Both the position numbers and the translations under genes were made by a program. A stretch of DNA of 64,000 nucleotides from NCBI GenBank assembly GCA_964347285.1, contig CAYFYE010000002.1, positions 11,075 to 75,074 of the forward strand. The letters run 5' to 3'. Shown here in pieces: positions 1 through 10,838 of the stretch. Below the pieces are notes generated by a model, which saw nothing but the letters and a program-made list of their open reading frames with translations, searched no databases and was not told the origin of the DNA. Within the stretch, counting starts at the first letter, position 1. Each line of letters opens with the position of its first letter. Source of the DNA: an uncultured Acidimicrobiia bacterium (GTDB lineage Bacteria; Actinomycetota; Acidimicrobiia; Spongiisociales; JAOTWH01).

Positions 1-381
1 GAGGTGGCAGCCGACGTGGCCGCCTATCCGGAGTGGGCCGACGGGGTCAAAGAAGTCGAGATCCTCTCCACGGACGAAGAGGGAAGGGCGCTGCGCGCCA
101 GGTTCGTGGTTGCGGCGATGATCAGCGAAATCACGTACGTGCTGGCGTACTCCTATCAATACCCCAATCAGATCTCGTGGGTGGCAGAGCCGGGCGCCGA
201 CATCGAGGCCATGGAGGGCTCGTACACCTTCGAGCCCTTGGAAGGGGGTGGCACCCAGGTGGTGTACGCCCTCGCCGTCCGGCCCGCCTTTCGGATTCCG
301 GGTTTCCTCCGCGGGCAGGCGGAGCGCCACATCGTGACCACTGCATTGCGCGGCCTGAAGAGGAAAGCCGAATCGGGCTGA
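1..381 (+). CDS. SRPBCC-superfamily (polyketide cyclase/dehydrase-like) protein, 5'-truncated by window edge
   Basis: Open from nt 1 in frame; motif AAYPEWADGVKEV...YTFEPLEGGGT typical of SRPBCC ligand-binding fold; stop TGA 379-381 overlaps next start. Confidence 0.55.
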   Translation, partial: EVAADVAAYPEWADGVKEVEILSTDEEGRALRARFVVAAMISEITYVLAYSYQYPNQISWVAEPGADIEAMEGSYTFEPLEGGGTQVVYALAVRPAFRIPGFLRGQAERHIVTTALRGLKRKAESG

Positions 382-1550
382 TGCGCATCCTCCTCATCAC
401 CGGCAAGGGAGGAGTCGGCAAGACCACCGTGGCGGCGGCAACCGCTCTGCGAGCAGCCGACCTCGGCCACCGCACCCTGGTCACCTCCACCGATCCCGCC
501 CACAGCCTGGCCGACGCCTTCGCCATGCCCCTCGGCGATGCCCTGGCACCCATCACCGATGGGCTATGGGGTCAGCAGATCGACACGCAGGACCGCCTCC
601 AGCAGCAATGGGGGGCGGTACGCGACTACCTCATCGAGCTCTTCGACTGGAGCGGTCTCGAGGGGGTGGAAGCCGAGGAGCTAACGGTCTTTCCCGGAAT
701 GGATGAGCTGTTCGCTCTGGCCGAGGTGCGAGAGCGGGCTCAGAGCGACGAGTTCGATGCGATCGTCGTGGACTGTGCGCCCACCGCCGAGACGCTTCGG
801 CTGCTCAGCCTTCCCGACATCTTGTCGTGGTACATGGAGAAGCTGTTCCCCACCGGGCGGCGGGTGGTCAAGGCGGTGCGGCCGGTCCTGTCCCGAATGG
901 TCTCGACCCCGATTGCCCGTGACGAGGTGTTCGACGCGGCCCAGCGCTTCTACCAGCGGATTGAGGGGCTGCGCGACCTCCTCACCGATCCCGCCACCAC
1001 CAGCGCCAGGCTGGTCATGAATCCCGAGCGGATGGTGATCAGCGAGGCGAGGCGCACCTATACCTACCTCAGCCTCTTCGGCTATGCGGTGGACGCCGCC
1101 GTCGTGAATCGGGTGCTACCCGAAGCGGTCTCCGATCCCTACTTCAAGCGGTGGCATGAGATCCAGGCCGAGCACCTGGCCACCGTCGAGGAAGGCTTCG
1201 CAGACGTGCCGACGCTCCGTTTGCGGTTGTTCGACGAGGAGATGGTCGGCATCGACAAGTTGCGGCTCGTCGGCGAGGAGCTCTACCAGGGTCGGAATCC
1301 GCTGGCCCGCCTGTCGACAAACCGGCCGTTCACCGTCGAGGAGGAGGACGACCGGGTCGTCTTGGTGATGACCGTGCCCTTCGTGGAGCGGGGCGAGGTC
1401 GACGTGCTCCGTCACGGAGACGAGCTCTACGTGACGGTCGGACCGTATCGGCGCTCGCTCACGCTCCCCGACTCGCTGAAGCGCCGCCAGGTGGGCCGGG
1501 CTCGACTGTCCGGCGGTGTGCTGAGACTGACGTTCGTGGACAAAGCATGA
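381..1550 (+). CDS. ArsA/GET3-family P-loop ATPase with C-terminal HSP20-like (ArsA_HSP20) domain
   Basis: ATG at 381 (aa 117 of ORF 33..1550; upstream part R/G-rich artefact); Walker A ITGKGGVGKTT near N-terminus, DTAPT/DCAPTAET switch region; C-terminal beta-rich VVLVMTVPFVERGEVDV...LRLTFVDKA. Confidence 0.85.
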   Translation: MRILLITGKGGVGKTTVAAATALRAADLGHRTLVTSTDPAHSLADAFAMPLGDALAPITDGLWGQQIDTQDRLQQQWGAVRDYLIELFDWSGLEGVEAEELTVFPGMDELFALAEVRERAQSDEFDAIVVDCAPTAETLRLLSLPDILSWYMEKLFPTGRRVVKAVRPVLSRMVSTPIARDEVFDAAQRFYQRIEGLRDLLTDPATTSARLVMNPERMVISEARRTYTYLSLFGYAVDAAVVNRVLPEAVSDPYFKRWHEIQAEHLATVEEGFADVPTLRLRLFDEEMVGIDKLRLVGEELYQGRNPLARLSTNRPFTVEEEDDRVVLVMTVPFVERGEVDVLRHGDELYVTVGPYRRSLTLPDSLKRRQVGRARLSGGVLRLTFVDKA

Positions 1551-1747
1551 ACGAAGCGGATCTCCCGGTCATCAGGGCCGTGTGGAAGGGCCTGAAGCGC
1601 TCTTCCATCCATCTGATTCGGGCCGGGTACGAGGTGGCGTCGAGTGCGGTCGTGTTCGTGGAAGAGGTGGCGGCTGCGCTGCGGCCGGCCGAGGAAGAGG
1701 CCGAGGCCCGACACGTTCCCGTCGAGGACGACGAGGGAGACGACTAG
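1547..1747 (+). CDS. small hypothetical protein, acidic C-terminus
   Basis: ATGA overlap with upstream ArsA-like stop; 66 aa; no recognisable domain. Confidence 0.3.
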   Translation: MNEADLPVIRAVWKGLKRSSIHLIRAGYEVASSAVVFVEEVAAALRPAEEEAEARHVPVEDDEGDD

Positions 1748-1786
1748 CAGCTCATCGAGGGCCGTCCCACCGAGTACCGTACGCCC

Positions 1787-2182
1787 ATGGCCCGTCCTTC
1801 CCGTCGTTCCGTTCCCGCCACCGACCGGGGCAACCAGGACGTGCTGATGATCCTTCCCAACCTGGTCAAGCTGGTGACTCGCCTTGTCCGTGATCCGCGG
1901 GTGCCGCGCCGCCACCGAATGCTGGCCCTGGGAGCGCTCGCCTACGTTGTCTCTCCCATCGACCTCATTCCCGACGCCGTGCCGCTGCTCGGTCCGCTGG
2001 ACGACGTGCTGGTGGTGGCGCTCGCTCTGCGCCGGCTCATCCATGGGGCCGGGCCCGAGATCGTGGACGAGCACTGGGACGGCGGCGACTCGGCACTCGA
2101 GACCGTCGACACCGTCATCGATTGGGTCGTCGGCCTGGCCCCTCCGCCGTTGCAGAGGGCCATGGATCGCCTCGCTCCGTGA
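1787..2182 (+). CDS. DUF1232 (YkvA-like) membrane protein
   Basis: Motif [29 protein letters not shown] is the DUF1232 signature; alternative start at internal Met (1847). Confidence 0.7.
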   Translation: MARPSRRSVPATDRGNQDVLMILPNLVKLVTRLVRDPRVPRRHRMLALGALAYVVSPIDLIPDAVPLLGPLDDVLVVALALRRLIHGAGPEIVDEHWDGGDSALETVDTVIDWVVGLAPPPLQRAMDRLAP

Positions 2183-2889
2183 GCACCGGTCGGGTGTTGG
2201 TGGGGGGAGCCTTCCTGGCACTGGGGATTCTCCTGGCCGTAGGCGGGGCCTCCGACTTCGATGGCGGAGGCCTGGTGGCCCGGTGGTGGCCGGTGGCGGC
2301 GATCGTCTTGGGCATGGCCCAGCTGAGCGCCGGGGGAAGAACCGGCGGTGGGATGCTCATCGGCACCGGTGCAGTGCTGCTCGGGTTCACGACCGGTGTC
2401 CTCGAGGGGATGGCGGCACGGTTGGTGGGCCCACTCGTCCTCGTCCTCGTCGGGTGGTGGGTGCTTTCGGGCCGTCGCCTCCGAGGAGAGGCCGAGGCGG
2501 CCGGGCCGCGCCTGAACGCATTTGCCGCCCTGGGCCGGGGAAGGATGACCTTCACCGGCTCGGTCCTGAACCGCGCCTCGGCAACCGCGATCCTCGCCGG
2601 CCTCGAACTCGATCTCAGAAGGGCCCGGCCGGCCGAGGAGGGGGCCCGGCTCATCGCAACGGTGGTGCTCGGGTCGCTCAACGTCATCGTTCCCGAGGGA
2701 TGGCGGGTGCGGATCAGAGGCCTCCCCCTGCTGGGCGTGTGGGACGATACGACCCGGCGGAACGCGATCCGGCCGGAGGCGCCGGTGCTCGACGTGAACG
2801 CGGTGGTTGCCCTGGGGGGCCTGGAGGTACGGCACGCCTATCGCTGGCAGCGTTCGGAGATCCGCAGGCCGACGGGGAGCGAGGGCTAG
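2179..2889 (+). CDS. LiaF-like / DUF2154-type membrane protein (cell-envelope stress-associated fold)
   Basis: GTG 2179 forms GTGA overlap with upstream stop; N-terminal TM helices then beta-rich C-terminal region ([21 protein letters not shown]...[12 protein letters not shown]); longer ATG start at 2122 would overlap 61 nt. Confidence 0.5.
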   Translation: MSTGRVLVGGAFLALGILLAVGGASDFDGGGLVARWWPVAAIVLGMAQLSAGGRTGGGMLIGTGAVLLGFTTGVLEGMAARLVGPLVLVLVGWWVLSGRRLRGEAEAAGPRLNAFAALGRGRMTFTGSVLNRASATAILAGLELDLRRARPAEEGARLIATVVLGSLNVIVPEGWRVRIRGLPLLGVWDDTTRRNAIRPEAPVLDVNAVVALGGLEVRHAYRWQRSEIRRPTGSEG

Positions 2890-2905
2890 CCTTTCGGGGA
2901 GAGCC

Positions 2906-4078
2906 ATGGATTTCCGCCGCATCGGCAACCTTCCCCCGTACGTCTTCGCTCAGATCGATCAGCTGAAGCTCGACAAGCGACGCTCGGGTGAGGACATCAT
3001 CGATCTCGGCTTCGGCAATCCAGACATACCGTCACCCCCGGTTGTGGTCGACAAGCTGGTCGAGGCCACCCGCCGGCCGACCAACCACGCCTACTCGGCA
3101 TCGCGGGGAATCCCCAACCTGCGCAAAGGGGTGGCCGACCGCTATCGAAGGCGCTTTGGGGTCGAGATCGATCCGGAGACTGAGGTCATCAACACGATCG
3201 GCGCCAAAGAAGGTCTGTCCCACTTGATGTGGGCGCTCGTCGAGCCGGGTGACGTGGCGTTGGTGCCGGAACCGTCGTATCCGATTCACATCTACGCACC
3301 GGCGCTGGCCGGGGCCGAAGTGTTGCGGGTGCCGCTCTCTCTCGACGTCGACTTCTTCGAACGGATGCGGCATTCGTTCGTGGAGTCGTGGCCCCGCCCT
3401 CGGGTCATTTTGACCTCATTCCCTCACAACCCGACGACGGTTTGTGTAGAGATCGACTTCTTCGAAAAACTGGTGGACTTCGCCGCGACCAATGAAGTGA
3501 TGCTGATACATGACTTCGCCTATGCAGACATCATCTTCGACGACTATCGGCCCCCGAGTCTGCTCGAGGTGCCGGGCGCCAGGGAGGTCGGGGTCGAGCT
3601 CTACACGCTGTCGAAGGGCCATTCGATGCCGGGTTGGCGGGTGGGCTTTGTCGTCGGGAATGCCGAGATGGTGGCAGCCCTGGCCAAGCTCAAGTCGTAC
3701 CTCGACTACGGGACCTTCCAGCCCATCCAAATAGCCTCGATCATCGCTCTCAACGAGTGCGACGACTATCCGAGAGCGGTTTCGGAGGTGTACCGGAGGC
3801 GCCGCGATGCGCTGGTGGAGGGCCTCAATCGCAACGGATGGAAGGTCACCAAGCCACGGGGAACCATGTTCGTCTGGGCCCAGATTCCCGGTCCCTACGA
3901 GAACATGGGGTCGCTCGACTTCGCCGTCTACCTGCTCGAGGAGGCCAAGGTGGCGGTCAGTCCCGGCATCGGCTTCGGGCCGTCCGGCGACGGCTTCGTC
4001 CGGTTCGCTCTCGTCGAGAACGAACAGCGGATCGCCCAGGCCGTCCGGGGCATCCGCAAGAGCCTCGATCGCCTGTAG
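2906..4078 (+). CDS. PLP-dependent aminotransferase, class I/II (alanine/aspartate aminotransferase-like)
   Basis: ATG 2906 (aa 34 of ORF 2807..4078); motifs [19 protein letters not shown] (PLP-lysine region), 390 aa. Confidence 0.85.
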   Translation: MDFRRIGNLPPYVFAQIDQLKLDKRRSGEDIIDLGFGNPDIPSPPVVVDKLVEATRRPTNHAYSASRGIPNLRKGVADRYRRRFGVEIDPETEVINTIGAKEGLSHLMWALVEPGDVALVPEPSYPIHIYAPALAGAEVLRVPLSLDVDFFERMRHSFVESWPRPRVILTSFPHNPTTVCVEIDFFEKLVDFAATNEVMLIHDFAYADIIFDDYRPPSLLEVPGAREVGVELYTLSKGHSMPGWRVGFVVGNAEMVAALAKLKSYLDYGTFQPIQIASIIALNECDDYPRAVSEVYRRRRDALVEGLNRNGWKVTKPRGTMFVWAQIPGPYENMGSLDFAVYLLEEAKVAVSPGIGFGPSGDGFVRFALVENEQRIAQAVRGIRKSLDRL

Positions 4079-4109
4079 GAGGGGCTAGGCCTCGATCGCT
4101 ATAGGAGAC

Positions 4110-6227
4110 CTAGAGGAACTCGTTCGATCCGAGCGGAACGTAGGCGCGACCCGTGTACTCGAGGAGCATGCGGTGGGCCGAGAACGGCGCCACCAGGGTC
4201 GCCAGCGATTCCTTCATGCGCGCCACCCACCCAGTCGGGATGCCGTCGGCGTCTCTTTCGTAGTACAGCGGGATGACGTCCTGCTCCAGCAGGTCGTAAA
4301 GCTCGGCAGCCGCTTCGTCGTCGGTGGCCGCGTCGGCGCCGAATCCCCAGCCGTTGAGACGGTTCCATCCCTCCACCCACCAGCCGTCGAGGACACTCAG
4401 GTTGAGTCCACCGTTGGCCGCCGCCTTCATGCCCGATGTACCGCTCGCTTCGAGCGGCGGTCGGGGCGTGTTGAGCCACACATCGGCCCCGACGACGAGC
4501 ATCCGGGCCAGCTCCATGTTGTAGTCCTCGATGAAGAAGATGTGCTCGCCCAGCTCGTCGGTCAGGGACAGGTCGACAACGCCCCGGATGATCCCCTGGC
4601 CCTCTCGGTCGGCCGGATGGGCCTTGCCGGCGAAGATCACCTGGACCGGGCGCTCGGAGTCGGTGAGCAGGCGGGTGAGTCGATCCGGATCCATGAGCAG
4701 CAGGCCGGCCCGCTTGTAGGAAGCGAATCGCCGGGCGAACACCAGCGTCAGTCGTTCGGGGGGGAGCTGGTCGGCCACATGGCGCAGCCGGCCGGGAGCG
4801 AAGCCGTGCCGGGCTCGCTGGGCCTGGATGCGTCGCCTCAGGTCGCGCACCATCCGCTCCTTCTCGCGAACGTGGGCTCGCCACACCTCGGCGTCGTCGA
4901 CATCGTGGATGGCCTTCCATGCGTCGGGATCTCCGAGCGCCTCCGGCCAATCGGGTCCCAGGGCCCTTTCGAAGACGGTGTGGATTCGAGGGCCGGCCCA
5001 GGTGGGGATGTGAACGCCGTTGGTGATGCCGATCGCCGGACCACCGATCAGCTGGTGCCAGTCGCCGGTGGCAATCTCGGCGTGACGCTGACTGACGGCG
5101 TTGGTGATGGAGGTACTTCGTATGGCCAGACCGCTCATGTTGAAACCGTCGTCGCCGTCGACTCGACCCAGTCGCTCCATCGCAGACCACTCCAGGCCGG
5201 GGATGGCATCTTCGAGGTAGTAGCGCACCAGCGCTGGGTCGAATACCTCGTTGCCGGCCGGGACCGGGGTGTGGAGGGTGAACAGGGTATTGGCTCGAAT
5301 CCGGGCCAATGCTTCCTCCTCGGCCAGGCCCTCTTCTACGTACCGGGAGAGCCTCTCCAGCAGGCTGAAGGCGGCATGTCCTTCGTTGACGTGCCAGACC
5401 TTCGGCTTGAGGCCAAGCGCCTGCAACAGGCGCACCGCCCCGATGCCGAGGACCACTTCCTGACACAGCCTCATTTCCCGGCCACGGACGTAGAGGATGT
5501 GGGAGATGGGTCGATCGGCCGGATCGTTCTCGGCAACATCCGTGTCGAGAAGCAGGAGCGGTACCCGACCGACGTCGATGCGCCAAACCGCGGTGGCGAT
5601 CGTTCGACCGGGGAGGTCGACCTCGATCCGAATGGGTCTGCCATCGGTGCCGATGACCGGGCGCACCGGCCGGCGGGTCATCTCGATGTGGTGGTAGTGG
5701 TGCTGCTGCTCGCCGTCGTGGTCGACCTCCTGACGGAAATAGCCGCGTCGATAGAACAAGCCGATCCCGAGGAGCGGGAGGCCGAGGTCGGAGGCGGCCT
5801 TGGCGTGGTCACCGGCCAGCACGCCCAACCCTCCCGAGTAGAACGGCAGGGTGTGGTCGACGCCGAACTCTGCCGAGAGGTAGGCGATGCCATCGTCGAG
5901 GGCGGGGGCGTGATGGCGCTGATACCAGGTGTTCTGAGAAGACAGATAGAAGTCGAACTGCGCAAGGACCTCGTCGTACAGGTCGAGGAAGCGGGCGTTG
6001 TCCTGGAGCGCTTCCCAGGTTTCCGGTTCGACGCCGGCCATGACGCTGAGCGGGTTGCGGTTGTCGGTCCAGCGGACCGGGTCGATCCGGCTCCACAGGT
6101 CCCGTGCCTTCGGGTTCCACGTCCACCACAGGTTGTGGGAGAGGTCGTACAGGCGCGGGAACGCCCGGGGAACCTGGATCGGGCTGCCTGGTCCCGCTGG
6201 GATGCGATTGAAGAGTCTCTCGGCCAT
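4110..6227 (-). CDS. glgP: alpha-glucan (glycogen/maltodextrin) phosphorylase, GT35 family
   Basis: 705 aa; N-terminal [27 protein letters not shown], lysine/PLP region; convergent with aminotransferase. Confidence 0.9.
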   Translation of the reverse strand: MAERLFNRIPAGPGSPIQVPRAFPRLYDLSHNLWWTWNPKARDLWSRIDPVRWTDNRNPLSVMAGVEPETWEALQDNARFLDLYDEVLAQFDFYLSSQNTWYQRHHAPALDDGIAYLSAEFGVDHTLPFYSGGLGVLAGDHAKAASDLGLPLLGIGLFYRRGYFRQEVDHDGEQQHHYHHIEMTRRPVRPVIGTDGRPIRIEVDLPGRTIATAVWRIDVGRVPLLLLDTDVAENDPADRPISHILYVRGREMRLCQEVVLGIGAVRLLQALGLKPKVWHVNEGHAAFSLLERLSRYVEEGLAEEEALARIRANTLFTLHTPVPAGNEVFDPALVRYYLEDAIPGLEWSAMERLGRVDGDDGFNMSGLAIRSTSITNAVSQRHAEIATGDWHQLIGGPAIGITNGVHIPTWAGPRIHTVFERALGPDWPEALGDPDAWKAIHDVDDAEVWRAHVREKERMVRDLRRRIQAQRARHGFAPGRLRHVADQLPPERLTLVFARRFASYKRAGLLLMDPDRLTRLLTDSERPVQVIFAGKAHPADREGQGIIRGVVDLSLTDELGEHIFFIEDYNMELARMLVVGADVWLNTPRPPLEASGTSGMKAAANGGLNLSVLDGWWVEGWNRLNGWGFGADAATDDEAAAELYDLLEQDVIPLYYERDADGIPTGWVARMKESLATLVAPFSAHRMLLEYTGRAYVPLGSNEFL

Positions 6228-6360
6228 GCGGAGTTTTCGCGGGTTGCCGACTCGTCATTTTGGACCCGGCGAGGCCGCGAGGCAAGCAACTCCGGGTAGC
6301 ATCGACCGGAGCCTGCTCGAAAGGTCACAGGGGGCACGAGAAAACGGGCCGAGGGAGAGT

Positions 6361-7404
6361 ATGGCTTTCGACGACGGTGTCGCCGATTTCCGGTCCGACA
6401 CGGTAACCCGGCCGACTGCGGCCATGCGCTCTGCGATGGCGGAGGCCGCCGTGGGCGACGACGTCTTCGGGGACGATCCCACCGTCAACCGCCTCGAGGA
6501 AGAGTCGGCGTCGATGCTCGGCAAAGAGGCGGCTGTGTTCGTTCCCAGCGGGACGATGGGCAACCAGCTGGCGGTGGCGGTGCACACCGAACGGGGCCAG
6601 GACGTCCTCTGCCCGCGCGATGCCCACCTCCGCTACGCCGAGCGCGGAGCGGCCAGTGCCTGGAGCGGCGTGTCCCTGCGCCCGGTCGGAGATGAGCGCG
6701 GGCTGATCCGAGCCGAGGAGGTCGAGTCTGCTGTGGAGGCCGCCCGCTCCTACGTCCCCCCGTTTCCTCCCATCGCCTTGCTCACCTGGGAGAACACCCA
6801 CAACTTCTCCGGCGGTTCCATCGTCCAGATGGACCCGATGGAGGAGACCGTCGCCGCCGCCCGCCGGATCGGCCTGGCCGTCCATCTCGACGGGGCCCGG
6901 CTGTGGAACTCAGTGGCGGCCACCGGGATACCGGCGGAGCGGTACGCGGCGGCGGCAGACTCGGTGATGTTCTGCTTCTCGAAGGGACTGGGGGCGCCGG
7001 TGGGCTCGGTCTTGTGCGGCAATGCTCAATTCGTTGCCGAAGCCAGGGCCTGGCGCAAGAGAATGGGCGGCGGCATGCGCCAGGTCGGCGTGCTGGCGGC
7101 CCCGGCCCTCATCGCCCTGGCCGAGCGGGAGCGGCTGGTCGAAGATCATCACACCGCCCGTCGGTTGGCCGAAGGGATCGCCCAGCGGTATCCCGGTGCA
7201 GTCGACCTCGAGGGCGTGCAAACCAACATGGTCCTGGTGACAGAGGCGGCGCTGCCACATCCTCCCGGGACGTTTCTCGATGCGCTGGAGCGGGCCGCCG
7301 TCCTGGCGACTCCGGTCGCACCGGGGATTCTGCGATTCGTCACTCATCGCGACGTCGATCTCGACGATGTGGGCCGGGTGCTCGAGGTGCTGGACCGGTT
7401 GTGA
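6361..7404 (+). CDS. ltaE: low-specificity L-threonine aldolase
   Basis: ATG 6361 (aa 122 of ORF 5998..7404); [32 protein letters not shown] (PLP-Lys) motifs. Confidence 0.85.
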   Translation: MAFDDGVADFRSDTVTRPTAAMRSAMAEAAVGDDVFGDDPTVNRLEEESASMLGKEAAVFVPSGTMGNQLAVAVHTERGQDVLCPRDAHLRYAERGAASAWSGVSLRPVGDERGLIRAEEVESAVEAARSYVPPFPPIALLTWENTHNFSGGSIVQMDPMEETVAAARRIGLAVHLDGARLWNSVAATGIPAERYAAAADSVMFCFSKGLGAPVGSVLCGNAQFVAEARAWRKRMGGGMRQVGVLAAPALIALAERERLVEDHHTARRLAEGIAQRYPGAVDLEGVQTNMVLVTEAALPHPPGTFLDALERAAVLATPVAPGILRFVTHRDVDLDDVGRVLEVLDRL

Positions 7405-8048
7405 AGAACGAGAGCCTTTACACGGCCGCCGTCATCGGCCTGGTTCGACGGCTGTTCGCACACGAGGATCCGGCCCTGGCGGGGGCTCGGGAGCGGGCCG
7501 CGGCGGCCGGCCTGCCGCTCATCGAAGTGGCGCCCGAAGATGGGGCGCTGCTCGGGTTCCTGGTGGCGTCGATCGGTGCTCGGCGGGTCGTGGAGATCGG
7601 AACGCTGTTCGGCTACTCGGCCATCTGGATGGCCCGGGCACTGCCTCCCGAGGGTCGCATCATCACGCTCGAGGCCAATGCGCGCCATGCCGAGGTGGCC
7701 GAGCGCAATCTGGAGATCGCCGGTGTCGGCGACTTCGTCGAAGTCCGCGTCGGCCCGGCCCTCGAGCTGCTCGCCGGGGTGGAGATGCCGGTGGATTTCG
7801 TCTTCATCGATGCCGACAAGGAGTCCTATCCCGCCTACCTGAAGTGGGCCAGGGGAGGTCTGCGACCGGGCGGACTGGTCGCGGTGGACAACGCCTTTCT
7901 CAGAGGCCAGGTGGCCGACCCGACAGATAGTGAGTCGGCGGCGGTGCGACGTCTCCTCGACGATCTGGCCGGAGATCCGGCCTGGCACCCGGCGATCGTA
8001 CCGACCCTGGCCGGAATGGCGCTGGCCATTCGAACCGCAGCCGACTGA
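7401..8048 (+). CDS. class I SAM-dependent O-methyltransferase (family 3, caffeoyl-CoA OMT-like)
   Basis: GTG 7401 overlaps ltaE stop (GTGA); [11 protein letters not shown] (SAM motif I), DFVFIDADK, 215 aa. Confidence 0.75.
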   Translation: MKNESLYTAAVIGLVRRLFAHEDPALAGARERAAAAGLPLIEVAPEDGALLGFLVASIGARRVVEIGTLFGYSAIWMARALPPEGRIITLEANARHAEVAERNLEIAGVGDFVEVRVGPALELLAGVEMPVDFVFIDADKESYPAYLKWARGGLRPGGLVAVDNAFLRGQVADPTDSESAAVRRLLDDLAGDPAWHPAIVPTLAGMALAIRTAAD

Positions 8049-8049
8049 G

Positions 8050-8730
8050 TCAACGGGCCAGGCAGCCGTCGGCCACGACGCCGGCCACGGCGCGCTGGGC
8101 CGCCCGGAAGTGGGTCCCGGACACGACGTCGGTGATCTCGCCGTGGTACTGGGTGTGGGCCTGTACCTCGAGCAGTTCCAGGTGATCGATGACGCTCTCC
8201 ACGAGCGCAGTGCCGGTCCTACCGCGTTCGATCTCGGCTCGGACCACCGCTGCGCTGCACGCCTCGACGACCTCGTTGTTGATGTAGGCGTGGCCGTCCT
8301 CATGGTCCCGGCTGATGCCTTCGTGGCGCCCGCGCGGCAACAGCTCGATCGTCACAGCGATCACGGTGACCGTATCTCCCCGCCCGTACACCGCGTGGCT
8401 GCCGTACGCCAAGGCTGCGGCGTCGGTTTCGAGGCGAGCAAGGCCGTTGGCGGCCAGATCGGTCACGTACTCGTAGTCGTCGGCGAGGTCCACGAGCTCG
8501 GCTGCCATGTCCTCGTCGACCGCCCGATCGGCCGCGTCGAGGAGGGCGGCCCGGATGCCGCGCCGGACGTACTCGACGTCCGGGTCTTCGGTGAGCCACA
8601 CCACCACCGGCTCGGTGGTGAGGACCTGCACCTCGACCCCTTCTCCCGGATCGAAGACGATGGCCCGATCCCACAGGTAGTAGGTGAGCACTCCGGTGAT
8701 CAGCAGTGCTACGGCGAAGAACGGGCGCAT
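8050..8730 (-). CDS. hypothetical protein with single N-terminal TM anchor
   Basis: ATG at 8730 (aa 96 of ORF 8050..9015; upstream R/P-rich artefact); hydrophobic MRPFFAVALLITGVLTYYLW then acidic soluble domain; no recognised family. Confidence 0.45.
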   Translation of the reverse strand: MRPFFAVALLITGVLTYYLWDRAIVFDPGEGVEVQVLTTEPVVVWLTEDPDVEYVRRGIRAALLDAADRAVDEDMAAELVDLADDYEYVTDLAANGLARLETDAAALAYGSHAVYGRGDTVTVIAVTIELLPRGRHEGISRDHEDGHAYINNEVVEACSAAVVRAEIERGRTGTALVESVIDHLELLEVQAHTQYHGEITDVVSGTHFRAAQRAVAGVVADGCLAR

Positions 8731-8807
8731 CGCAACACCATCGGCACCGGTCGGACACCGGTGAAGCGCGCCGGTAACGGAATCGCCCCGGAGTGGGTCT
8801 GAACGGT

Positions 8808-9743
8808 ATGCGCTACGCCGTCCTCTTTCCCGGGCAGGGGAGTCAGTTCGTGGGCATGGGGGCCGACCTGTTCGCGGCTCGTCCCGACCTGCTGGGGCGG
8901 CGAGCCGACGACATCCTCGGATGGTCTCTGGAGTGGCTGTGCCTGGAGGGGCCCGAGGAAGAGCTGACCAGGACCGAGGTGGCCCAGCCGGCCCTGTACG
9001 CCCTGGCCTACGCATTGTGGGATCTGTGGTCGGAACGCGTTGCCGATGTGCCGGCGGCCGCCGCCGGCCACTCCCTCGGCGAGTACACCGCCTTGGCCGC
9101 CTCCGGCCGCTTCAGCTATGAGGAGGGACTCCAGTTGGTCGCCGCCCGCGGGCAGGCCATGGCGGCGGCCGCCCGGCGGGAGCCCTCGGGAATGGCCGCC
9201 CTCGTCGGCGCCGACGTCGATCTGGCCGAGGGCATCGCCGCACAGCGGCGGTCCATGGGGGGACGCTTGTGGGTGGCCAACATCAACGCCCCCGGCCAGG
9301 TGGTGGTGGCCGGCGCGATGGACGACATCGCCTGGCTACAGGCCGAGGGGAGCGCACGGGGGGTGCGGCGGGTCGTGCCCTTGAAGGTGGCCGGAGCCTT
9401 TCACACACCGATGATGGAAACGGCGGGCCCCCGGCTGGCGGAGGCGTTGAGCGGCGTCACCTTTCGAGCGGGCTCGTTTCCCGTCTGGGCCAACACCGAC
9501 GCCTCTCCCCATGGAAGCGGGGTAGCCGATGGACTGTTGACCCAGCTGACGGCTCCGGTCCGCTTCTCCGAGAGCATGACTGCCATGGCGGCGGCTGGAG
9601 TCGAGATGTTCGTGCACGTTGGACCCGGTGACGTCACCGCCGGGCTGGCCAGGCGCTCGGTGGCTGATGCCTCCGTCCTGGTGGTGAACGACGTCGCCTC
9701 GGTCGATGAGGCTGCGGCGGCGATGGGCGCCTCCATAGAATGA
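8808..9743 (+). CDS. fabD: malonyl CoA-ACP transacylase
   Basis: LFPGQGSQ, GHSLGEY (active-site Ser), AFHT motifs; start at Met6 of ORF. Confidence 0.9.
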   Translation: MRYAVLFPGQGSQFVGMGADLFAARPDLLGRRADDILGWSLEWLCLEGPEEELTRTEVAQPALYALAYALWDLWSERVADVPAAAAGHSLGEYTALAASGRFSYEEGLQLVAARGQAMAAAARREPSGMAALVGADVDLAEGIAAQRRSMGGRLWVANINAPGQVVVAGAMDDIAWLQAEGSARGVRRVVPLKVAGAFHTPMMETAGPRLAEALSGVTFRAGSFPVWANTDASPHGSGVADGLLTQLTAPVRFSESMTAMAAAGVEMFVHVGPGDVTAGLARRSVADASVLVVNDVASVDEAAAAMGASIE

Positions 9744-9761
9744 CCCGGCGAAGGGAGCCCC

Positions 9762-10838
9762 ATGCGACACGCCATGATCACCGGTTGGGGTAAGTGTGTT
9801 CCCCCGGCGGTCCTGTCGAACACGGACCTCGAGAAGCTCACCGACACCTCGGACGACTGGATCACCACCCGGACCGGGATCAAAGAGAGGCGAATCAGTC
9901 ACGTAGAGACCTCGGATCTGGCGACGGTCGCCGGCCTGCGGGCCATTGCCGCCGCCGGCCTGGAGCCCAACGACATCGACCTCGTGGTCCTGGCCACCTG
10001 CTCGCCGGATCGCCTCATTCCCAGTGCGGCCTCGTTCGTCCAGGAGAAGCTGGGCGCATCGCGAGCCGGGGCATTCGATATCAACGCCGCCTGTTCGGGC
10101 TTCATCTATGGATATGCCACGGCCGACCAGATGGTGCGGGCCGGCGGCGTCGACCGGGTGGTGGTGATCGGAGCCGAGAAACTGTCCTATTGGCTCGACT
10201 TCTCGGACCGATCCACGGCGGTGCTGTTCGGCGACGGCGCCGGCGCCGTCGTGGTCGAGGCCGCCGAAGGGGAGGGCGGACTGCTCGCGTTCGAGCTGGG
10301 ATCGGATGGATCTGCCGCCGGCATCCTGTGTGTGGCCAATACCGGCACCGAGGGGGTTCCGGCGACGGACCGGCCCCCGCTGTTGCGCATGGACGGCCCG
10401 GAGGTCTTCAAGCGGGCAGTCAAGGCGATGGGAGACACCTCGGTTCGTGTCGTCGAGCGGGCCGGGCTGGGACTCGACGACATCGATCTGCTCATCCCGC
10501 ACCAGGCCAACGTCCGCATCATCGATGCCACTGCCCGTCGCCTCAAGCTGCCCCCGGACAAGGTGTACGTCAACATCGCCTCCTACGGCAACACGTCGGC
10601 CGCCACCATCCCGATCGCACTCACCGAGGCCCTGGATGAGGGGCGCATCTCCCCGGGGGATCACATCGTCTTCGCCGCGTTCGGTGGAGGGCTCACCTGG
10701 GCCGCCTCCGTCATGCAATGGGGGGCGCGGGTGACGCCGTTGGGTCGCAGCAACGCCGAACTCCCGGCCAGCAATGCCGACGCGCTCGATCTGCTCCGCC
10801 CCAACGTCGAGGTCTACGGACCCGGCTTCCAGCCTTGA
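9762..10838 (+). CDS. fabH: 3-oxoacyl-ACP synthase III
   Basis: AACSGF (Cys), HQANVRI (His), GNTSAAT (Asn) catalytic triad context; about 35 aa C-terminal extension beyond usual FabH end. Confidence 0.9.
   Translation: MRHAMITGWGKCVPPAVLSNTDLEKLTDTSDDWITTRTGIKERRISHVETSDLATVAGLRAIAAAGLEPNDIDLVVLATCSPDRLIPSAASFVQEKLGASRAGAFDINAACSGFIYGYATADQMVRAGGVDRVVVIGAEKLSYWLDFSDRSTAVLFGDGAGAVVVEAAEGEGGLLAFELGSDGSAAGILCVANTGTEGVPATDRPPLLRMDGPEVFKRAVKAMGDTSVRVVERAGLGLDDIDLLIPHQANVRIIDATARRLKLPPDKVYVNIASYGNTSAATIPIALTEALDEGRISPGDHIVFAAFGGGLTWAASVMQWGARVTPLGRSNAELPASNADALDLLRPNVEVYGPGFQP

Noticed and set aside
33-380. N-terminal 116 codons of ORF 33..1550 and many similar long ORFs (e.g. 1942..2928 -, 4099..5586 -, 4173..6299 +, 13561..14331 +, 21460..22347 +, 31950..34148 -, 53530..55035 -, 56721..58067 -, 58548..60143 -)
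   Set aside because: R/P/G-rich composition, no motifs, antisense or out of frame to well-supported genes; typical open alternate frames of high-GC DNA
4079-4109. Imperfect palindrome CTAGGCCTC-N10-GGAGACCTAG between convergent aminotransferase and glgP as a bidirectional terminator
   Set aside because: Mismatched stem and no U-tract; too weak to call
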